In this document: positions 1 through 10,704 of the stretch, piece by piece | How positions within the stretch are numbered: position 1 is the stretch's first letter | Layout: each line of letters starts with the position of its first letter | Virus record (IMG/VR): IMGVR_UViG_3300028797_000004 | Reading direction: 5' to 3' (one strand) | From: a virus | Taxonomy: Duplodnaviria > Caudoviricetes | DNA length: 64,000 nt | The notes under the pieces: generated by a model | What the model was told of the DNA's origin: nothing | The model's input: the letters and a program-made list of their open reading frames with translations, nothing else | The model's database searches: none | Program-made: the position numbers and the translations under genes

Positions 1-309
1 ACAAAGCATAACAACGAGAAAATCACAGACCTGGTAGACAAGGTGTATAACTCCGGTGTAAATTTTGTCAAATGGTTTGAAGGTTTCCATTCATTCGTTA
101 TAAATATTGTAAAATATATCCAACTCAAGGATATATCAAGAACAATGATTCCTGCACATTATGTAGACAAAATCTCTAAATACACTGAAGCACATTCAGC
201 TGTATGCTTACGATTATCTCAAGTACTGCTGAAGCTCGTACATGAGCTCAAAGGTACTAATTACCAGCAAGAGGTTGCACTTACATACTTGTGTGAGACG
301 AAGAGGTGA
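1..309 (+). CDS. C-terminal part of a DNA polymerase III gamma/tau (DnaX)-like clamp-loader subunit, 5'-truncated
   Basis: Frame is open from base 1; helical C-terminal sequence resembling the DnaX collar; delta/delta'-like genes lie nearby. Confidence 0.45.
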   Translation, partial: TKHNNEKITDLVDKVYNSGVNFVKWFEGFHSFVINIVKYIQLKDISRTMIPAHYVDKISKYTEAHSAVCLRLSQVLLKLVHELKGTNYQQEVALTYLCETKR

Positions 310-812
310 TACCTATGGATATGGATAAAGTATTTGCAGAAGTATCAGCAGACATCACATCAGTTGCTGACTGGTGCAACAGGCAGTATGATGAGAAATT
401 CGCTAAGTACTTCAAAGAATCTCGTGAGCTGTTCCGCAAACTTGAAGACACTACTAAGCCAATCAGCGATGACGCACTTAACTGGATTCTGATTTCCTTA
501 CCTATTAATCTGTTTGACGTGTCTGAAGCTCTCAATCAGTTCAGATTAAGTTATGAGGTAGTAAAGCTCAGGAATGCAGTTGACGCAGAAGCTATTTCTG
601 CTGAAGCTCGTAAATCAGCTATGCTTGAGCGTAAGGTGCTTTCGTCAGCATTTTCATCTGTAATCACACGTGTAGAGAATGAGATTTCGTTCTCTCGTGA
701 ACTTATCATGGGTGCTAAGAAGATATGGGACGGAAGACGTGCTACTGAGAACGTGATGCCTGTATCAGAATCTGCAGTAGATAAGCTCCCTAAGTATGTG
801 AAGGGTGCGTGA
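306..812 (+). CDS. Hypothetical helical protein, possibly a recombination mediator
   Basis: Overlaps its neighbours in an operon directly before recA; coiled-coil character. Confidence 0.45.
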   Translation: MIPMDMDKVFAEVSADITSVADWCNRQYDEKFAKYFKESRELFRKLEDTTKPISDDALNWILISLPINLFDVSEALNQFRLSYEVVKLRNAVDAEAISAEARKSAMLERKVLSSAFSSVITRVENEISFSRELIMGAKKIWDGRRATENVMPVSESAVDKLPKYVKGA

Positions 813-1971
813 TACAGTGGGCATGATAGACGATATACTCAAGAAAAAAGCGCGTGAGTGGGATTGCCCTACGCTTATGTCAGGAGCAACAAACACTGAT
901 GCACCTAAGATACCATTTTCGAGCCCTCTGCTCAACTGGGCTACATATGGTGGTATACCTCGTGGTAGAATCACCGAATTTGCTGGAGAGCCCGGATCTG
1001 GTAAGTCGACGACAAGCGTAGATATCTGCAAGAATGCCATCAAAGTGTTCGAAGCTGAATTTGAAGCAGAGTGTGATGCTCTTAGAAAGAAAGCTTCACA
1101 AGGTGATAAGACTGCTGCTAGTGCGCTTGAGGACCTCATGGATAGGGGACCTAAGCGTGTCATGTATATTGACATTGAGCATGGTTTTGATGCTGCTTGG
1201 AGCAGTACACTAGGTATTCAAGAAGACAAGATGCTTATCATGCAACCGCCTGATATTGATGCTGAGTCACTCTTACAGACAATAGAGGATCTAGTCTGCT
1301 CTGGTGAGCTTGGTCTATGTGTGCTTGACTCTATCCCTACGCTTGTAACTAAGGCAGAGCTTGAAAAGAAATATGGTGAAAGAACTGTAGCTTCACTTGC
1401 AGGCTTGATGACAGTATTCTGCAGGAAGATTGTATCGCTTCTAACTCGATATGATTCTACGCTGCTTCTAATCAATCAGACTCGTGATAACATGGACAAC
1501 CCATATGTTATCAGCACACCTGGTGGTAAAGCAATCAAGTTCTACTCTTCGCTTCGTATGCTGTTTAGGCTTGGTTCACCGCTTGACTTCTTAGGCAATG
1601 ATCTACCATCGAGCGCTGAGAACCCTGCAGGCTACAATGTTACTGTTAAGCTGCTGAAGCAGAAGACAGCACCATTTGACCGAAAGAATGCTAAGTATAT
1701 TCTGATGTGTCAGTCAGGTATTCGTCCTGATTTCGACTATGCAAAACTTGCTATTAATAATTACCACCTTATACAGAAAGGTGGAGCTTGGTTTACATTT
1801 CTTGATATCAAAACAAAACAACCGCTTGAAATCAATGGTAAACTTGCTAAAGTAAACGGTATGGCAAGAGTATATGAATTCCTACAGCAAAACCAGGAAT
1901 ATTTTCAGGAGCTGAAAGAATACATAGACGTAAACATAAAGGGCTCAGATATAGGTGATGAGTATGCCTGA
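805..1971 (+). CDS. recA: RecA/UvsX-like recombinase
   Basis: GGIPRGRITEFAGEPGSGKST Walker A, YIDIEH, VLDSI Walker B, INQTR, TPGGKAIKFYSSLR, KGGAWF. Confidence 0.95.
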   Translation: MRDTVGMIDDILKKKAREWDCPTLMSGATNTDAPKIPFSSPLLNWATYGGIPRGRITEFAGEPGSGKSTTSVDICKNAIKVFEAEFEAECDALRKKASQGDKTAASALEDLMDRGPKRVMYIDIEHGFDAAWSSTLGIQEDKMLIMQPPDIDAESLLQTIEDLVCSGELGLCVLDSIPTLVTKAELEKKYGERTVASLAGLMTVFCRKIVSLLTRYDSTLLLINQTRDNMDNPYVISTPGGKAIKFYSSLRMLFRLGSPLDFLGNDLPSSAENPAGYNVTVKLLKQKTAPFDRKNAKYILMCQSGIRPDFDYAKLAINNYHLIQKGGAWFTFLDIKTKQPLEINGKLAKVNGMARVYEFLQQNQEYFQELKEYIDVNIKGSDIGDEYA

Positions 1972-2464
1972 TGCTACAAAAGTATATTCAGAACGTCAAG
2001 AATCAATGATCGCTCGATATCTCGGCTGGACTTTAGTTCCAGCCAGTGGAGCTCGAGATTTTGACAAGGGCGACATCAAATCTGATAACTTTCTTGCAGA
2101 ATGTAAGACTCACATAGCTCCGCAAGTAAGAATTTCATTCAGCCTATCAGTATGGAAGAAACTTACAGCTGAAGCAATGGCCAATTTCAAAACTCCTGTG
2201 TTGTTTACTGATGACGGAACACAACTGATTGAGCGAACTTGGGCTGTTGTTGATATCAGATCCTTGCCTTGTGCGCATGACGTGTATGTAATATCCGAGC
2301 CTAAGCTGCGGATAAACAAATCTACTGTATCTTTTGTTCCTGATAACATTTCAACACCACACAAACATTTCTTGATGATGTGTAAACACAGTGAACAGAA
2401 TGTAGGCTTCGCTATAATGCCATTAGCAACATTCAGACATATGTTTTTTGTGGGGGTGATGTGA
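1955..2464 (+). CDS. PD-(D/E)xK nuclease, Holliday-junction resolvase-like
   Basis: E...SGA..KGDI....LAECKT motif; follows recA. Confidence 0.75.
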   Translation: MMSMPDATKVYSERQESMIARYLGWTLVPASGARDFDKGDIKSDNFLAECKTHIAPQVRISFSLSVWKKLTAEAMANFKTPVLFTDDGTQLIERTWAVVDIRSLPCAHDVYVISEPKLRINKSTVSFVPDNISTPHKHFLMMCKHSEQNVGFAIMPLATFRHMFFVGVM

Positions 2465-3390
2465 TGGCTACCATACAAGAGGTTGGTAAAGCTATCCTTT
2501 CAAATACGCCTGATAAACTATATATTTTCGGTGGGCATGAATACGGCTTGAAGTGCAAGTACATTGATATGATGAAAGAGCACTATGGCTCAGCAGTAGA
2601 AGCTGAGTCTGCTGAGTCTGTATTCAAGCTGATGCAAGGTCGCAGGATTGTTCCACTTTCACCTGCACTTTACATAGTTCGATATGACGAAGAGTTTGTA
2701 CGAAACTTGAACGAGAAGCAAGCTGAGCAGCTAGAAAAGCTCAACATTGTTGGCACAATTGTTTGCTTGTATGAGGACGAGAAACAAGTGCAGAAATGTA
2801 TGAAGTTTCTCACGAAGTACACAGTTCGTATAGATCCTGTCAATCCAGCTTATGTTGTACAATATCTCATAAAGGACTACCCTTCACTTTCACAACCTGT
2901 CATTCAGAATGTAGTTAGCGTTACATCAGATTATAATCTCTGTAGATGTATCTGTAATTGCTTACAATATGCTTCACCTCAGTATCTGAGTAAAGCTACT
3001 CCTGCAGCTATTGCTAATGCTTTCGGCTATAAGGTCTCTAGTACAGAGGACAATATCAAACTTGCGCTTGCAGCAAGAGATTTCAACTGCTTAGTTACGC
3101 TTCTAGATCATTATGAAGATGACTTAGGTCTGCTTCTGTATACAGTCATGAGTACAATGCTTACGCTTGAGAAACTTATCGGTACAAAATACGGAGATGA
3201 TCCGCTGAGGCCGTATGTAAACCTCTGGAACGTAACCGATATTTATTTTATGTTCAACAATGCTTTTCTTCTGCTTCAGCAATCACGTAAGTATGCTGTT
3301 GACATGAAAGACCAGCTAACATATTTGTTCAGCTTAGTTCGTATTTCACCAGTACCTAACTTGGAGGTGTGGGCTAATGAAGTTTCTTGA
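2461..3390 (+). CDS. Clamp-loader delta (HolA)-like subunit
   Basis: N-terminal LYIFGGHEYGLK resembles the HolA start; about 310 aa; adjacent to a delta'-like gene. Confidence 0.6.
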   Translation: MMATIQEVGKAILSNTPDKLYIFGGHEYGLKCKYIDMMKEHYGSAVEAESAESVFKLMQGRRIVPLSPALYIVRYDEEFVRNLNEKQAEQLEKLNIVGTIVCLYEDEKQVQKCMKFLTKYTVRIDPVNPAYVVQYLIKDYPSLSQPVIQNVVSVTSDYNLCRCICNCLQYASPQYLSKATPAAIANAFGYKVSSTEDNIKLALAARDFNCLVTLLDHYEDDLGLLLYTVMSTMLTLEKLIGTKYGDDPLRPYVNLWNVTDIYFMFNNAFLLLQQSRKYAVDMKDQLTYLFSLVRISPVPNLEVWANEVS

Positions 3391-4165
3391 ATTTGATTGC
3401 CAAGCTGCTGTCAAGAAAGAGCTTCAGCAGCTTAAGAACTATGATAGACACAGCATCATGATTGAAGGATCTCAGGGTTCTGGCAAGACAACGCTTGCAA
3501 AATACTTTGCTGAATGTTTAAAGTGCAATGACTTTCAGATAGTTGCCCCTAAGGTGCAGGATCTCAGAGAGGCAATTGAAGAATGCTATCAGATATCTAC
3601 TCCTGTAGTAATCTGCATAGAAAATCTAGACCAAGGTGTTAAGAGCGCATCTTATACACTTCTGAAATTTCTAGAAGAGCCACTGCCTCATGTCTACATC
3701 ATTGTAACTTGTACGTCAGCACAGCGTGTCCCTGATACTATTGTAAGTAGAAGCACAGTGCTAACTATAGGGACAATTACTCGTGAAGACATACAGAAGT
3801 ATGCTGGTGATAAAAATTTTGAGTTGTATTTTCAGCTTGAGAAGAAATCAATCTGGAACATCGTTAGATCTTTTAAAGATGTAGACGAGCTGTTTGAGAT
3901 TGGCTCAGCAAAAGCGTTGTACCTTGAGAGCCTACCGTCTCTGCTTGCGAGCAATGACGCTGTAAGCAACCAGATGTGGAAGTTCCAGAAGTTTGAAGAT
4001 AACGAACCAATACCACTAGGCATTCTGATTCGTTATATCATGTATACAAATCCGAAGTATTGGGCAGTATGCTATCGCTGTTTACAAGAGCTTGCAGCGG
4101 GTCAGATAGCGCAGCACGCAGTACTGGCGAGATTCTTATTAGATTGTAAATATACAGTAAGGTGA
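3377..4165 (+). CDS. Clamp-loader AAA+ subunit (HolB/delta'-like)
   Basis: GSQGSGKT Walker A, LLKFLEEP, TIVSRS (SRC-like). Confidence 0.85.
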   Translation: MKFLEFDCQAAVKKELQQLKNYDRHSIMIEGSQGSGKTTLAKYFAECLKCNDFQIVAPKVQDLREAIEECYQISTPVVICIENLDQGVKSASYTLLKFLEEPLPHVYIIVTCTSAQRVPDTIVSRSTVLTIGTITREDIQKYAGDKNFELYFQLEKKSIWNIVRSFKDVDELFEIGSAKALYLESLPSLLASNDAVSNQMWKFQKFEDNEPIPLGILIRYIMYTNPKYWAVCYRCLQELAAGQIAQHAVLARFLLDCKYTVR

Positions 4166-4531
4166 GTGATAACAATGAGAAGAGTACTTGATACTATTCA
4201 AAAACATAACAACTTGAACCAGGTTTACGCAGTTGACGAACCAGGTGCAGGTAATGCAAATCATACATACGAAGTCTGCACACAGGGTGATGAGGTAACT
4301 ACAATTCAGTTCCAGCATGGACCTAGACTTGAGCCTAACAGCACACTTGGTGTACTTGATGTAGACCTTCTTGAGATTGTCAGAGACCGACTCAAAGGCT
4401 TTCAGAGCGGAGAATTCTCAACTCGTGAAAATGCAATTGCATTGACACACATTGAAGAAGCTTTACTCTGGATGAATAAACGTGTTGAAGATCGAGCAGC
4501 TCGCGGCGTGCTCGGAACAAATAATAAGTGA
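4166..4531 (+). CDS. tad1: Tad1-like sponge for cyclic-nucleotide immune signals (anti-Thoeris/CBASS)
   Basis: TIQK..LN...GAGNANHTY...IQFQHG...[50 protein letters not shown] closely matches clostridial Tad1 as I recall it. Confidence 0.85.
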   Translation: MITMRRVLDTIQKHNNLNQVYAVDEPGAGNANHTYEVCTQGDEVTTIQFQHGPRLEPNSTLGVLDVDLLEIVRDRLKGFQSGEFSTRENAIALTHIEEALLWMNKRVEDRAARGVLGTNNK

Positions 4532-4542
4532 GGTAAACAGCT

Positions 4543-5037
4543 ATGGCAGAATTACACCAGAATCTGGAGGGCGTATCCCTTCTTGGTAATCAGAATACAA
4601 AGTATAAGTATGAGTATGACCCAAGCATACTTGAGAAATTTGAGAATAACCATCGCGATAGCGACGACATCGTTTCGCTTGATGCGTTTGAGTTTTGTTC
4701 AAGATGCCCAAAAACGGGACAGCCAGACTTTGCAACAATCTATATTTCATACATACCAGATCAGTATCTAGTTGAAAGCAAGTCTTTGAAATTATATCTG
4801 TTTTCATTCCAGCAGCATGGAGCTTTTCATGAAACTTGTGTGCATCAGATCATGCAAGATTTAGTGGAGTTCTTACAGCCTAGATATCTTGAGGTGTATG
4901 GCGACTTCAACTCACGCGGAGGCATAAGTATCCTTCCATATTCCGCATACGCAACAGAACAGTATAAAGATTTCAAGATGCTGCGTCAACTTGCTGTGAT
5001 GGACAAAGCAATCGGTCACACACCTAGAGCGCATTGA
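4543..5037 (+). CDS. queF: NADPH-dependent preQ0 reductase QueF (unimodular)
   Basis: [39 protein letters not shown]. Confidence 0.93.
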   Translation: MAELHQNLEGVSLLGNQNTKYKYEYDPSILEKFENNHRDSDDIVSLDAFEFCSRCPKTGQPDFATIYISYIPDQYLVESKSLKLYLFSFQQHGAFHETCVHQIMQDLVEFLQPRYLEVYGDFNSRGGISILPYSAYATEQYKDFKMLRQLAVMDKAIGHTPRAH

Positions 5038-5074
5038 AACAATATACTCATATTCCGCGAAAGGAGATAGCTAG

Positions 5075-6025
5075 ATGCGATATGTACTGTCTGGTAATTT
5101 AACTAAACAGATGGTTGAGTACCTTACACAGATGCCCAGATTTGAGCCGCTTGATGTGCTAGTATCTCAACTTGATAGAAGTTCTATCAAAGAGATGATA
5201 GAGCATCGAAAGAACGGCATAGTGAAGACACTGTTTATCGACTCCGGTGCATTTTCTGTGCATACAGGAAAAGCTAAAGTTGATATAGATGAATACATCG
5301 AGTATGTTAACGGCATAGACGAGTACATCGAGATGGTAGCTCAAGTAGATACAATTCCTGGTACATTCGGTAAGGCGAAGTCTGCTGAAGACTATGCGGA
5401 ATCGTCAAGAAAGTCTTGGGAGAATTTTCTGTATATGTACCATAAGATGAAATCTCCTGAGAAACTCGTACCCGTATTCCATTTCGGCGAGCCATTTTCT
5501 ACTCTGAAGAATATGCTTGACTGGCGAGACGAAAATGGAAAACCGCTTACATATGTTGGAATCAGTCCTGCGAATGATACTTCGCAGAACATCAAAAATC
5601 AGTATATGGGTGAGGTGGCAAGCTTCATTTCACAGTCAAACAATCCTGATGTAAGGGTGCATTACTTTGGAATGACAAGCCTTGATGCACTTTCTAAGTA
5701 CCCTGCATTCTCGGCAGATTCAGTTTCACATAGATTACAAGCTGCTTATAATAAAATTTTTACTCCTGATTTTGGTACAATTTCATTGTCAAGAAAGTCT
5801 AGATCCTCTAAAACTAAAAGTAATATGAGTTTTGTGGATGTAGCAGACGAGGCGGCGTTAAATAAATTGAAAGCTTATTTAGCCAGCTTGAATGTGACGC
5901 TTGAAGAGTGTCAAGAGAACCACAACGCAAGATCTGCGGTTTGTATTCGAGGCATATTGGATTGGGTGAAAGCTCACCCATATGACCCTAAGAATCGTGT
6001 TCGCAGCAGGAGGTTTCTCACATGA
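5075..6025 (+). CDS. dpdA: DpdA-like DNA guanine transglycosylase (TGT fold)
   Basis: [33 protein letters not shown] motifs; lies between queF and queC. Confidence 0.8.
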   Translation: MRYVLSGNLTKQMVEYLTQMPRFEPLDVLVSQLDRSSIKEMIEHRKNGIVKTLFIDSGAFSVHTGKAKVDIDEYIEYVNGIDEYIEMVAQVDTIPGTFGKAKSAEDYAESSRKSWENFLYMYHKMKSPEKLVPVFHFGEPFSTLKNMLDWRDENGKPLTYVGISPANDTSQNIKNQYMGEVASFISQSNNPDVRVHYFGMTSLDALSKYPAFSADSVSHRLQAAYNKIFTPDFGTISLSRKSRSSKTKSNMSFVDVADEAALNKLKAYLASLNVTLEECQENHNARSAVCIRGILDWVKAHPYDPKNRVRSRRFLT

Positions 6026-6594
6026 TCGAGTGGAAACCTGTAGTTGGGTATGAAGGCTTGTATGAAGTATCAAATCAAGGCGATGTGAAAAGTTTAGCAA
6101 GGACTGTATTGACATCTTCAGGTAGACTTCGTAGCATTCGTGAATGCGTCAAACGCCATGATATAGACAAATTTGGATATCATAAGGTTGGGTTGAATCG
6201 GGACGGTAAAGAACGAACTGCGGCAGTTCATCGGCTTGTAGCGCAAGCATTCATACCTAATCCTGAAAACAAACCTCAAGTAAATCATATTGATGGTGAT
6301 AAATCAAATAACTGTGTGGAAAATCTAGAATGGGTCACTTCTAAAGAAAATATACGCCATGCAATTGCTACTGGATTGACAACCCAGACTCAATTGTTTG
6401 CTTCGCTTCATGCTGCGTCTTTAGCAAACTTTAAATCAGTTATCTGCATAGAAACTGGTGTTATATACGCTTCTAGAGCTGATGCAGCTGAAGCACTAGG
6501 TCTACCTAGAAACTCCACAGCCATATGGAATTCTATAAAGTATGGCTGGGCAGTTAACAAGAAGTTCCATTTCAAAGCATATAAGGAGGAATAA
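6022..6594 (+). CDS. NUMOD4-HNH homing endonuclease
   Basis: [18 protein letters not shown] (NUMOD4), [31 protein letters not shown] (HNH). Confidence 0.92.
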   Translation: MIEWKPVVGYEGLYEVSNQGDVKSLARTVLTSSGRLRSIRECVKRHDIDKFGYHKVGLNRDGKERTAAVHRLVAQAFIPNPENKPQVNHIDGDKSNNCVENLEWVTSKENIRHAIATGLTTQTQLFASLHAASLANFKSVICIETGVIYASRADAAEALGLPRNSTAIWNSIKYGWAVNKKFHFKAYKEE

Positions 6595-6596
6595 TC

Positions 6597-7310
6597 ATGG
6601 ACGATTCAATCAAAGCTGTTGTTCTCGTGTCAGGCGGTGTGGACTCTGCTACTTGCCTCGGCATAGCTGTAGATAAGTATGGTGCTGAGAATGTAAAAGC
6701 TCTGGGTATTACATATGGTCAAAAGCATGAAATTGAACAAGAAAGTGCAGAGAAAATCTGCGCTTACTTTGGCGTAGAGCTCTACCACATAGATATTACT
6801 AACGTAATGCAATATAGCAACTGTGCATTGCTCAAGCAGAGTACAGAGGCGATCCCTGAGAAGTCTTATGCAGAGCAGATGGAAGAAAACGGCAGCGGTC
6901 GCGTTACTACATATGTACCTTACAGAAATGGTACAATGCTTTCAGTAGCAGCTGCTTTCGCTGATAGTGTATTTCCGAATCAAGCTGTTAAGCTCTTCTA
7001 CGGTGCCCATGCTGATGATGCAGCAGGTGAAGCTTACGCAGACTGCTCAGTAGCGTTTATCAAGGCGCAAGCAGCAGCTATCAAAATCGGCACATATGGA
7101 AACATAGAGCTTGAAGGCCCACTTGCAGAGATGAATAAGACTCAAGTAGTAGCTACAGGTCTTGCTCTTAAGAAGCCAGTACCTTATGAGCTGACTCATA
7201 GTTGCTACGAAGGTGTACCTGGTGGTTGTGGTAAGTGCGGCACATGTATTGACCGACTTGCAGCATTCAGAGCAAACGGACTCAACGACGACGGAACACT
7301 TAATAAGTGA
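6597..7310 (+). CDS. queC: 7-cyano-7-deazaguanine synthase QueC
   Basis: SGGVDS PP-loop, YGQKH, TYVPYRN, YADC, SCY...CGKCGTC. Confidence 0.95.
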   Translation: MDDSIKAVVLVSGGVDSATCLGIAVDKYGAENVKALGITYGQKHEIEQESAEKICAYFGVELYHIDITNVMQYSNCALLKQSTEAIPEKSYAEQMEENGSGRVTTYVPYRNGTMLSVAAAFADSVFPNQAVKLFYGAHADDAAGEAYADCSVAFIKAQAAAIKIGTYGNIELEGPLAEMNKTQVVATGLALKKPVPYELTHSCYEGVPGGCGKCGTCIDRLAAFRANGLNDDGTLNK

Positions 7311-7319
7311 GGTGGCATT

Positions 7320-7523
7320 ATGGCTGTAGAAAATAAACCTGCTTGTGGTCAGCACCCAACCAACAAAGTTCGTGAAACACTCACTGGCGATGCAGAATGC
7401 AACGCATATGATTACGAATATGATTGTGGTGCTGTTTACCATCAGAATTACATGGATGTAGTTGGTAATCGTGACCATGATTGCTTCTGGGACTGTTCAC
7501 GTTGTAAAAATAAACAGAATTAA
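7320..7523 (+). CDS. Small Cys-rich hypothetical protein
   Basis: GAGGTG RBS; 67 aa with 6 Cys. Confidence 0.55.
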   Translation: MAVENKPACGQHPTNKVRETLTGDAECNAYDYEYDCGAVYHQNYMDVVGNRDHDCFWDCSRCKNKQN

Positions 7524-7550
7524 CAGCTCAGCCCTGCTCTGCAGGGCTAT

Positions 7551-7633
7551 GCCTATGTGGTGAAACTGGCAGACACAGCGGACTCAAAATCCGCCTCGCA
7601 AGAGTGCAGGTTCGACTCCTGTCATAGGCACCA
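7551..7633 (+). tRNA. tRNA-Leu(CAA)
   Basis: GCCTATG/CATAGGC acceptor, GCGGA-CTCAAAA-TCCGC anticodon arm, variable arm, GGTTCGACTCC, encoded CCA. Confidence 0.93.
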
Positions 7634-7692
7634 AAAGTCTACTTTCGCATACAACCTACAATAAATATGAAGATTTCCAAGGAGGTTTCAGT

Positions 7693-8079
7693 ATGGCTTA
7701 TCTACGACAATTCAGACTATTTTCACACAATGATGCTCTCGCACATACTCGTGTTTTCAATATCAAAGACATACAAGAATACATGTGGCTACAGATCCCT
7801 GCAGTGCTCAGCCCATATATAGACCTCACTGGTGTGGTTAATATGCAAGTTGCAGACGGAGCTCTCCCTGATTTCACGGAGAAAATCACTCGTGAAGGAA
7901 GAAACTGCTGGCTAAAGATAGATTCCACATTGTTCAATACCGAAATAGGTCTGCACTTCTACAGGTTTGATTTTCTAAATCCTGTAACAGCTGAAGTCAT
8001 ACCTTTATACTTCGCATATTCACTACAGAATGATGATCCAGAGAAACCATACATCTATATGGACAGGAGTGAATCCTAA
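7693..8079 (+). CDS. Hypothetical protein (probably late)
   Basis: GGAGG RBS; ACCTACAATA motif upstream. Confidence 0.6.
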   Translation: MAYLRQFRLFSHNDALAHTRVFNIKDIQEYMWLQIPAVLSPYIDLTGVVNMQVADGALPDFTEKITREGRNCWLKIDSTLFNTEIGLHFYRFDFLNPVTAEVIPLYFAYSLQNDDPEKPYIYMDRSES

Positions 8080-9131
8080 TGCACAGATCAGTTACAGCTG
8101 CATTAAAATACTATAACATGAACTCAAGCGGTAAGCGCGTAGGCGACTGCTACAAACGAGCTCTTGCCCTTGCTTTCAGAAAAGATTATGACCAAGTCAA
8201 GAACGAACTCAACAAGATGGTTCGTAATGGTGAAGCTTATCAAAATAATGCGTACACTACGCTTGATAAATATATCAGACGTAACGGCGGTGTAGGTCTT
8301 GTAGACGGCACATATGACGCTTCGTCTGTAGAAAAGTTCTGTGAGGAGCATCCTACTGGCACCTATCTGCTTTTCACAAATAAAGATCCTAAAGCGTTAT
8401 TCAGCAATCATGTAGTTGCAATCATAGATGGTGATGCATACGATAGCTGGAATTCTTATCAGTCAAAAATTCATAGTGCTTTCAGTATAGATGCAGCGCC
8501 GAGGCAGCTTCATTATGATGATGTAAAGGACATGACTCCTGTCGTTGCCGAAAACATATATCCTTTACTTGAAGATTATATCACAAAGATGAACATGAAA
8601 TATGTCACAGACGATAGCATCATTACTCAGTTTTCTCTTAAATCAATAGAGGCTAAATCTGCTGATACAATTTCTATTTGGCTAAAATGTTTCTTTGATG
8701 AGGCTCGTGTACCGCTTAATTCTAAGTATTACAGTCACGGGTGGCAAGGCTATGATATTACTTTAAAGCTTGATATCAATCAGAACGCAGATGAAAACAC
8801 CAAACGACTCTGGCCTAAACTTAAACAGAAGGTGTATGATTGGACATATAACATTGCTTCTGAGCTCAAGAATGCTGCTCGTCTTGACAGTCTTGGCCAT
8901 AGATACTATGGAGATAAAGAAATTTTCAAGGCAGTACCTGATGAGCTGATCCCATATGTATACTCTGCCGATAGACTTGGTAGCTATAGTGAATACAATT
9001 ATGAAGTTACACTCAAAGGCTTAGACCAATGGGGCGATGACGGTAGACTCATAGATTTCTACGCAGACACAATCAAAGAAATGCGTCAGAAACTTGTGCG
9101 CTATCTTGAAACAGGATATAGTGATTATTAA
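8079..9131 (+). CDS. Protein with an N-terminal papain/C39-like Cys-His-Asp domain and a VTAA tag
   Basis: GDCYKRA...HVVAIIDGDAYDSWNS; starts MHRSVTAA. Confidence 0.5.
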   Translation: MHRSVTAALKYYNMNSSGKRVGDCYKRALALAFRKDYDQVKNELNKMVRNGEAYQNNAYTTLDKYIRRNGGVGLVDGTYDASSVEKFCEEHPTGTYLLFTNKDPKALFSNHVVAIIDGDAYDSWNSYQSKIHSAFSIDAAPRQLHYDDVKDMTPVVAENIYPLLEDYITKMNMKYVTDDSIITQFSLKSIEAKSADTISIWLKCFFDEARVPLNSKYYSHGWQGYDITLKLDINQNADENTKRLWPKLKQKVYDWTYNIASELKNAARLDSLGHRYYGDKEIFKAVPDELIPYVYSADRLGSYSEYNYEVTLKGLDQWGDDGRLIDFYADTIKEMRQKLVRYLETGYSDY

Positions 9132-9139
9132 TAGAAAGG

Positions 9140-9907
9140 GTGGTTGAAAAGATGAGTTCAATATTCGCTTGTAAGATGTTCAAAGCTTGCAAACACCCTG
9201 AGCGAATTATCGCTGCAGTACAGAATCCAATCAATCAACAACTTGTAACTCAAATCAAACAGTATTTAGGTCCTGATGCACTTACATTACTTCAGGAAGC
9301 TGAAGCTAAGAAGCTTGCTGAAGCTGAAGCAAAGGCTCAAGCTGCTGCACCACAGGAAGGCGTTCCTGCTGGTCCTTCACATTCAAGTCCCAGTGCTGGT
9401 GGTTTCAGCGGGGGTGGAATGCCTTCTATGCTTGATGAACCGCTTGCAGAGAAGTATGAAGATGACTTTGAAGGTGAAGAGAATCCTGATGCAAACACAG
9501 CTGCTTTCTCAGAAGCAGTAGACGATGCACTTGGTGAACCAGATGAAGCACAAGCTTCTACAGATTCTGAAAAGCAGATGATCACTGGTGAAGAAACAGT
9601 TGACGATGCAGCAGGTGTAGAGCTTAGTGACGAGCTCAAGAAAGAAAATCTAGAAACTATTCCTAAGCGAGAGCTCAACAATGATGCAAGAACAGCTGGC
9701 GTAGACAGAGTTCAGCTCAAAGGTGATGAACTCTGGGTATACTACAATGACGATACAAACCTTAACAAGGTGATGTCAGATGCTGTAGACTTACTTGCAG
9801 CTAAAGGCTTCACAGAGCTCACATTCAACAGACTCGCTAGATCAAATAATGCGATTGTCTTCACTGTAGAAGGTGCACCATATGAAACTCAAGCTTCCGC
9901 TACCTGA
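9140..9907 (+). CDS. Acidic low-complexity protein, possible head scaffold/core protein
   Basis: Acidic and Ala/Gly-rich linker; lies upstream of the packaging genes. Confidence 0.4.
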   Translation: MVEKMSSIFACKMFKACKHPERIIAAVQNPINQQLVTQIKQYLGPDALTLLQEAEAKKLAEAEAKAQAAAPQEGVPAGPSHSSPSAGGFSGGGMPSMLDEPLAEKYEDDFEGEENPDANTAAFSEAVDDALGEPDEAQASTDSEKQMITGEETVDDAAGVELSDELKKENLETIPKRELNNDARTAGVDRVQLKGDELWVYYNDDTNLNKVMSDAVDLLAAKGFTELTFNRLARSNNAIVFTVEGAPYETQASAT

Positions 9908-10205
9908 ACAGAATGATTTTCACTACTTACTTACAATCATGCAAGTTCTGCACAGCATGGACGAGTATGCGTGGTTACCAGAGCTGTTCACTATACTTGA
10001 AAGTGATGAAGCAGTAGCGAAATTGTGTCATGTAGCTGGTGGAGAGGTAATCAGAATACCTACACTTGATGAGTTACAGAACAGCATTACAGCTCTGCAA
10101 TGGTACTATGATGTGTACATCACACAGAAGAAAACAATCTTTCAAGTACCAAATGAGTACAAACCGCTTGTGTATAAGATACGTGATGAAATGTCTAAGG
10201 AGTGA
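9873..10205 (+). CDS. Mor-like DNA-binding protein
   Basis: AVAKLCHVAGGEVIRIP resembles the Mor-family motif. Confidence 0.45.
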   Translation: MHHMKLKLPLPEQNDFHYLLTIMQVLHSMDEYAWLPELFTILESDEAVAKLCHVAGGEVIRIPTLDELQNSITALQWYYDVYITQKKTIFQVPNEYKPLVYKIRDEMSKE

Positions 10206-10399
10206 TTCATGTGTTAGATACAGTGAAACAACACATTCAACTGATTGAATCAACACCTAAGCAAGATATAATCATACATGGTATTCTGCGTCGCGCAGAT
10301 GAATCGCTTGAAAGAGAGCTATCGCAGCTAACAGCAGCTTCAGCTCTTGATATAGAAAACTTAGTAAATCAGCTAACAAAGGAGATGAGTGAAGCATGA
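10202..10399 (+). CDS. Hypothetical protein
   Basis: Translationally coupled to its neighbours. Confidence 0.5.
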   Translation: MIHVLDTVKQHIQLIESTPKQDIIIHGILRRADESLERELSQLTAASALDIENLVNQLTKEMSEA

Positions 10400-10704
10400 G
10401 TGAACTTATGAGTTTCAACGAATTACAGAATCGATATATTCAACTATATAAGCTACTTCGCAATTACATATGGGAATATGACATTGTAGAGCTCATCGCT
10501 GATCTTGAGGTGTTAACATTCACAGCTTTCGCAGATAAGGAAGAGCTCAAGAAAGCACTTGATGCGCTTGAAAGAGCAATACGCTTCACAGATGTGTGGA
10601 AGCAAGACGAGCAGCTGCAAGAACAGTTTGGTGCATTCAGAGATGCGCTTGATTGTGATACAGCAATTCCGCTCAAAACATTCCAAGGAGTGAACGCAGT
10701 ATGA
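10396..10704 (+). CDS. Hypothetical protein
   Basis: Coupled ORF with RBS. Confidence 0.55.
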   Translation: MSELMSFNELQNRYIQLYKLLRNYIWEYDIVELIADLEVLTFTAFADKEELKKALDALERAIRFTDVWKQDEQLQEQFGAFRDALDCDTAIPLKTFQGVNAV

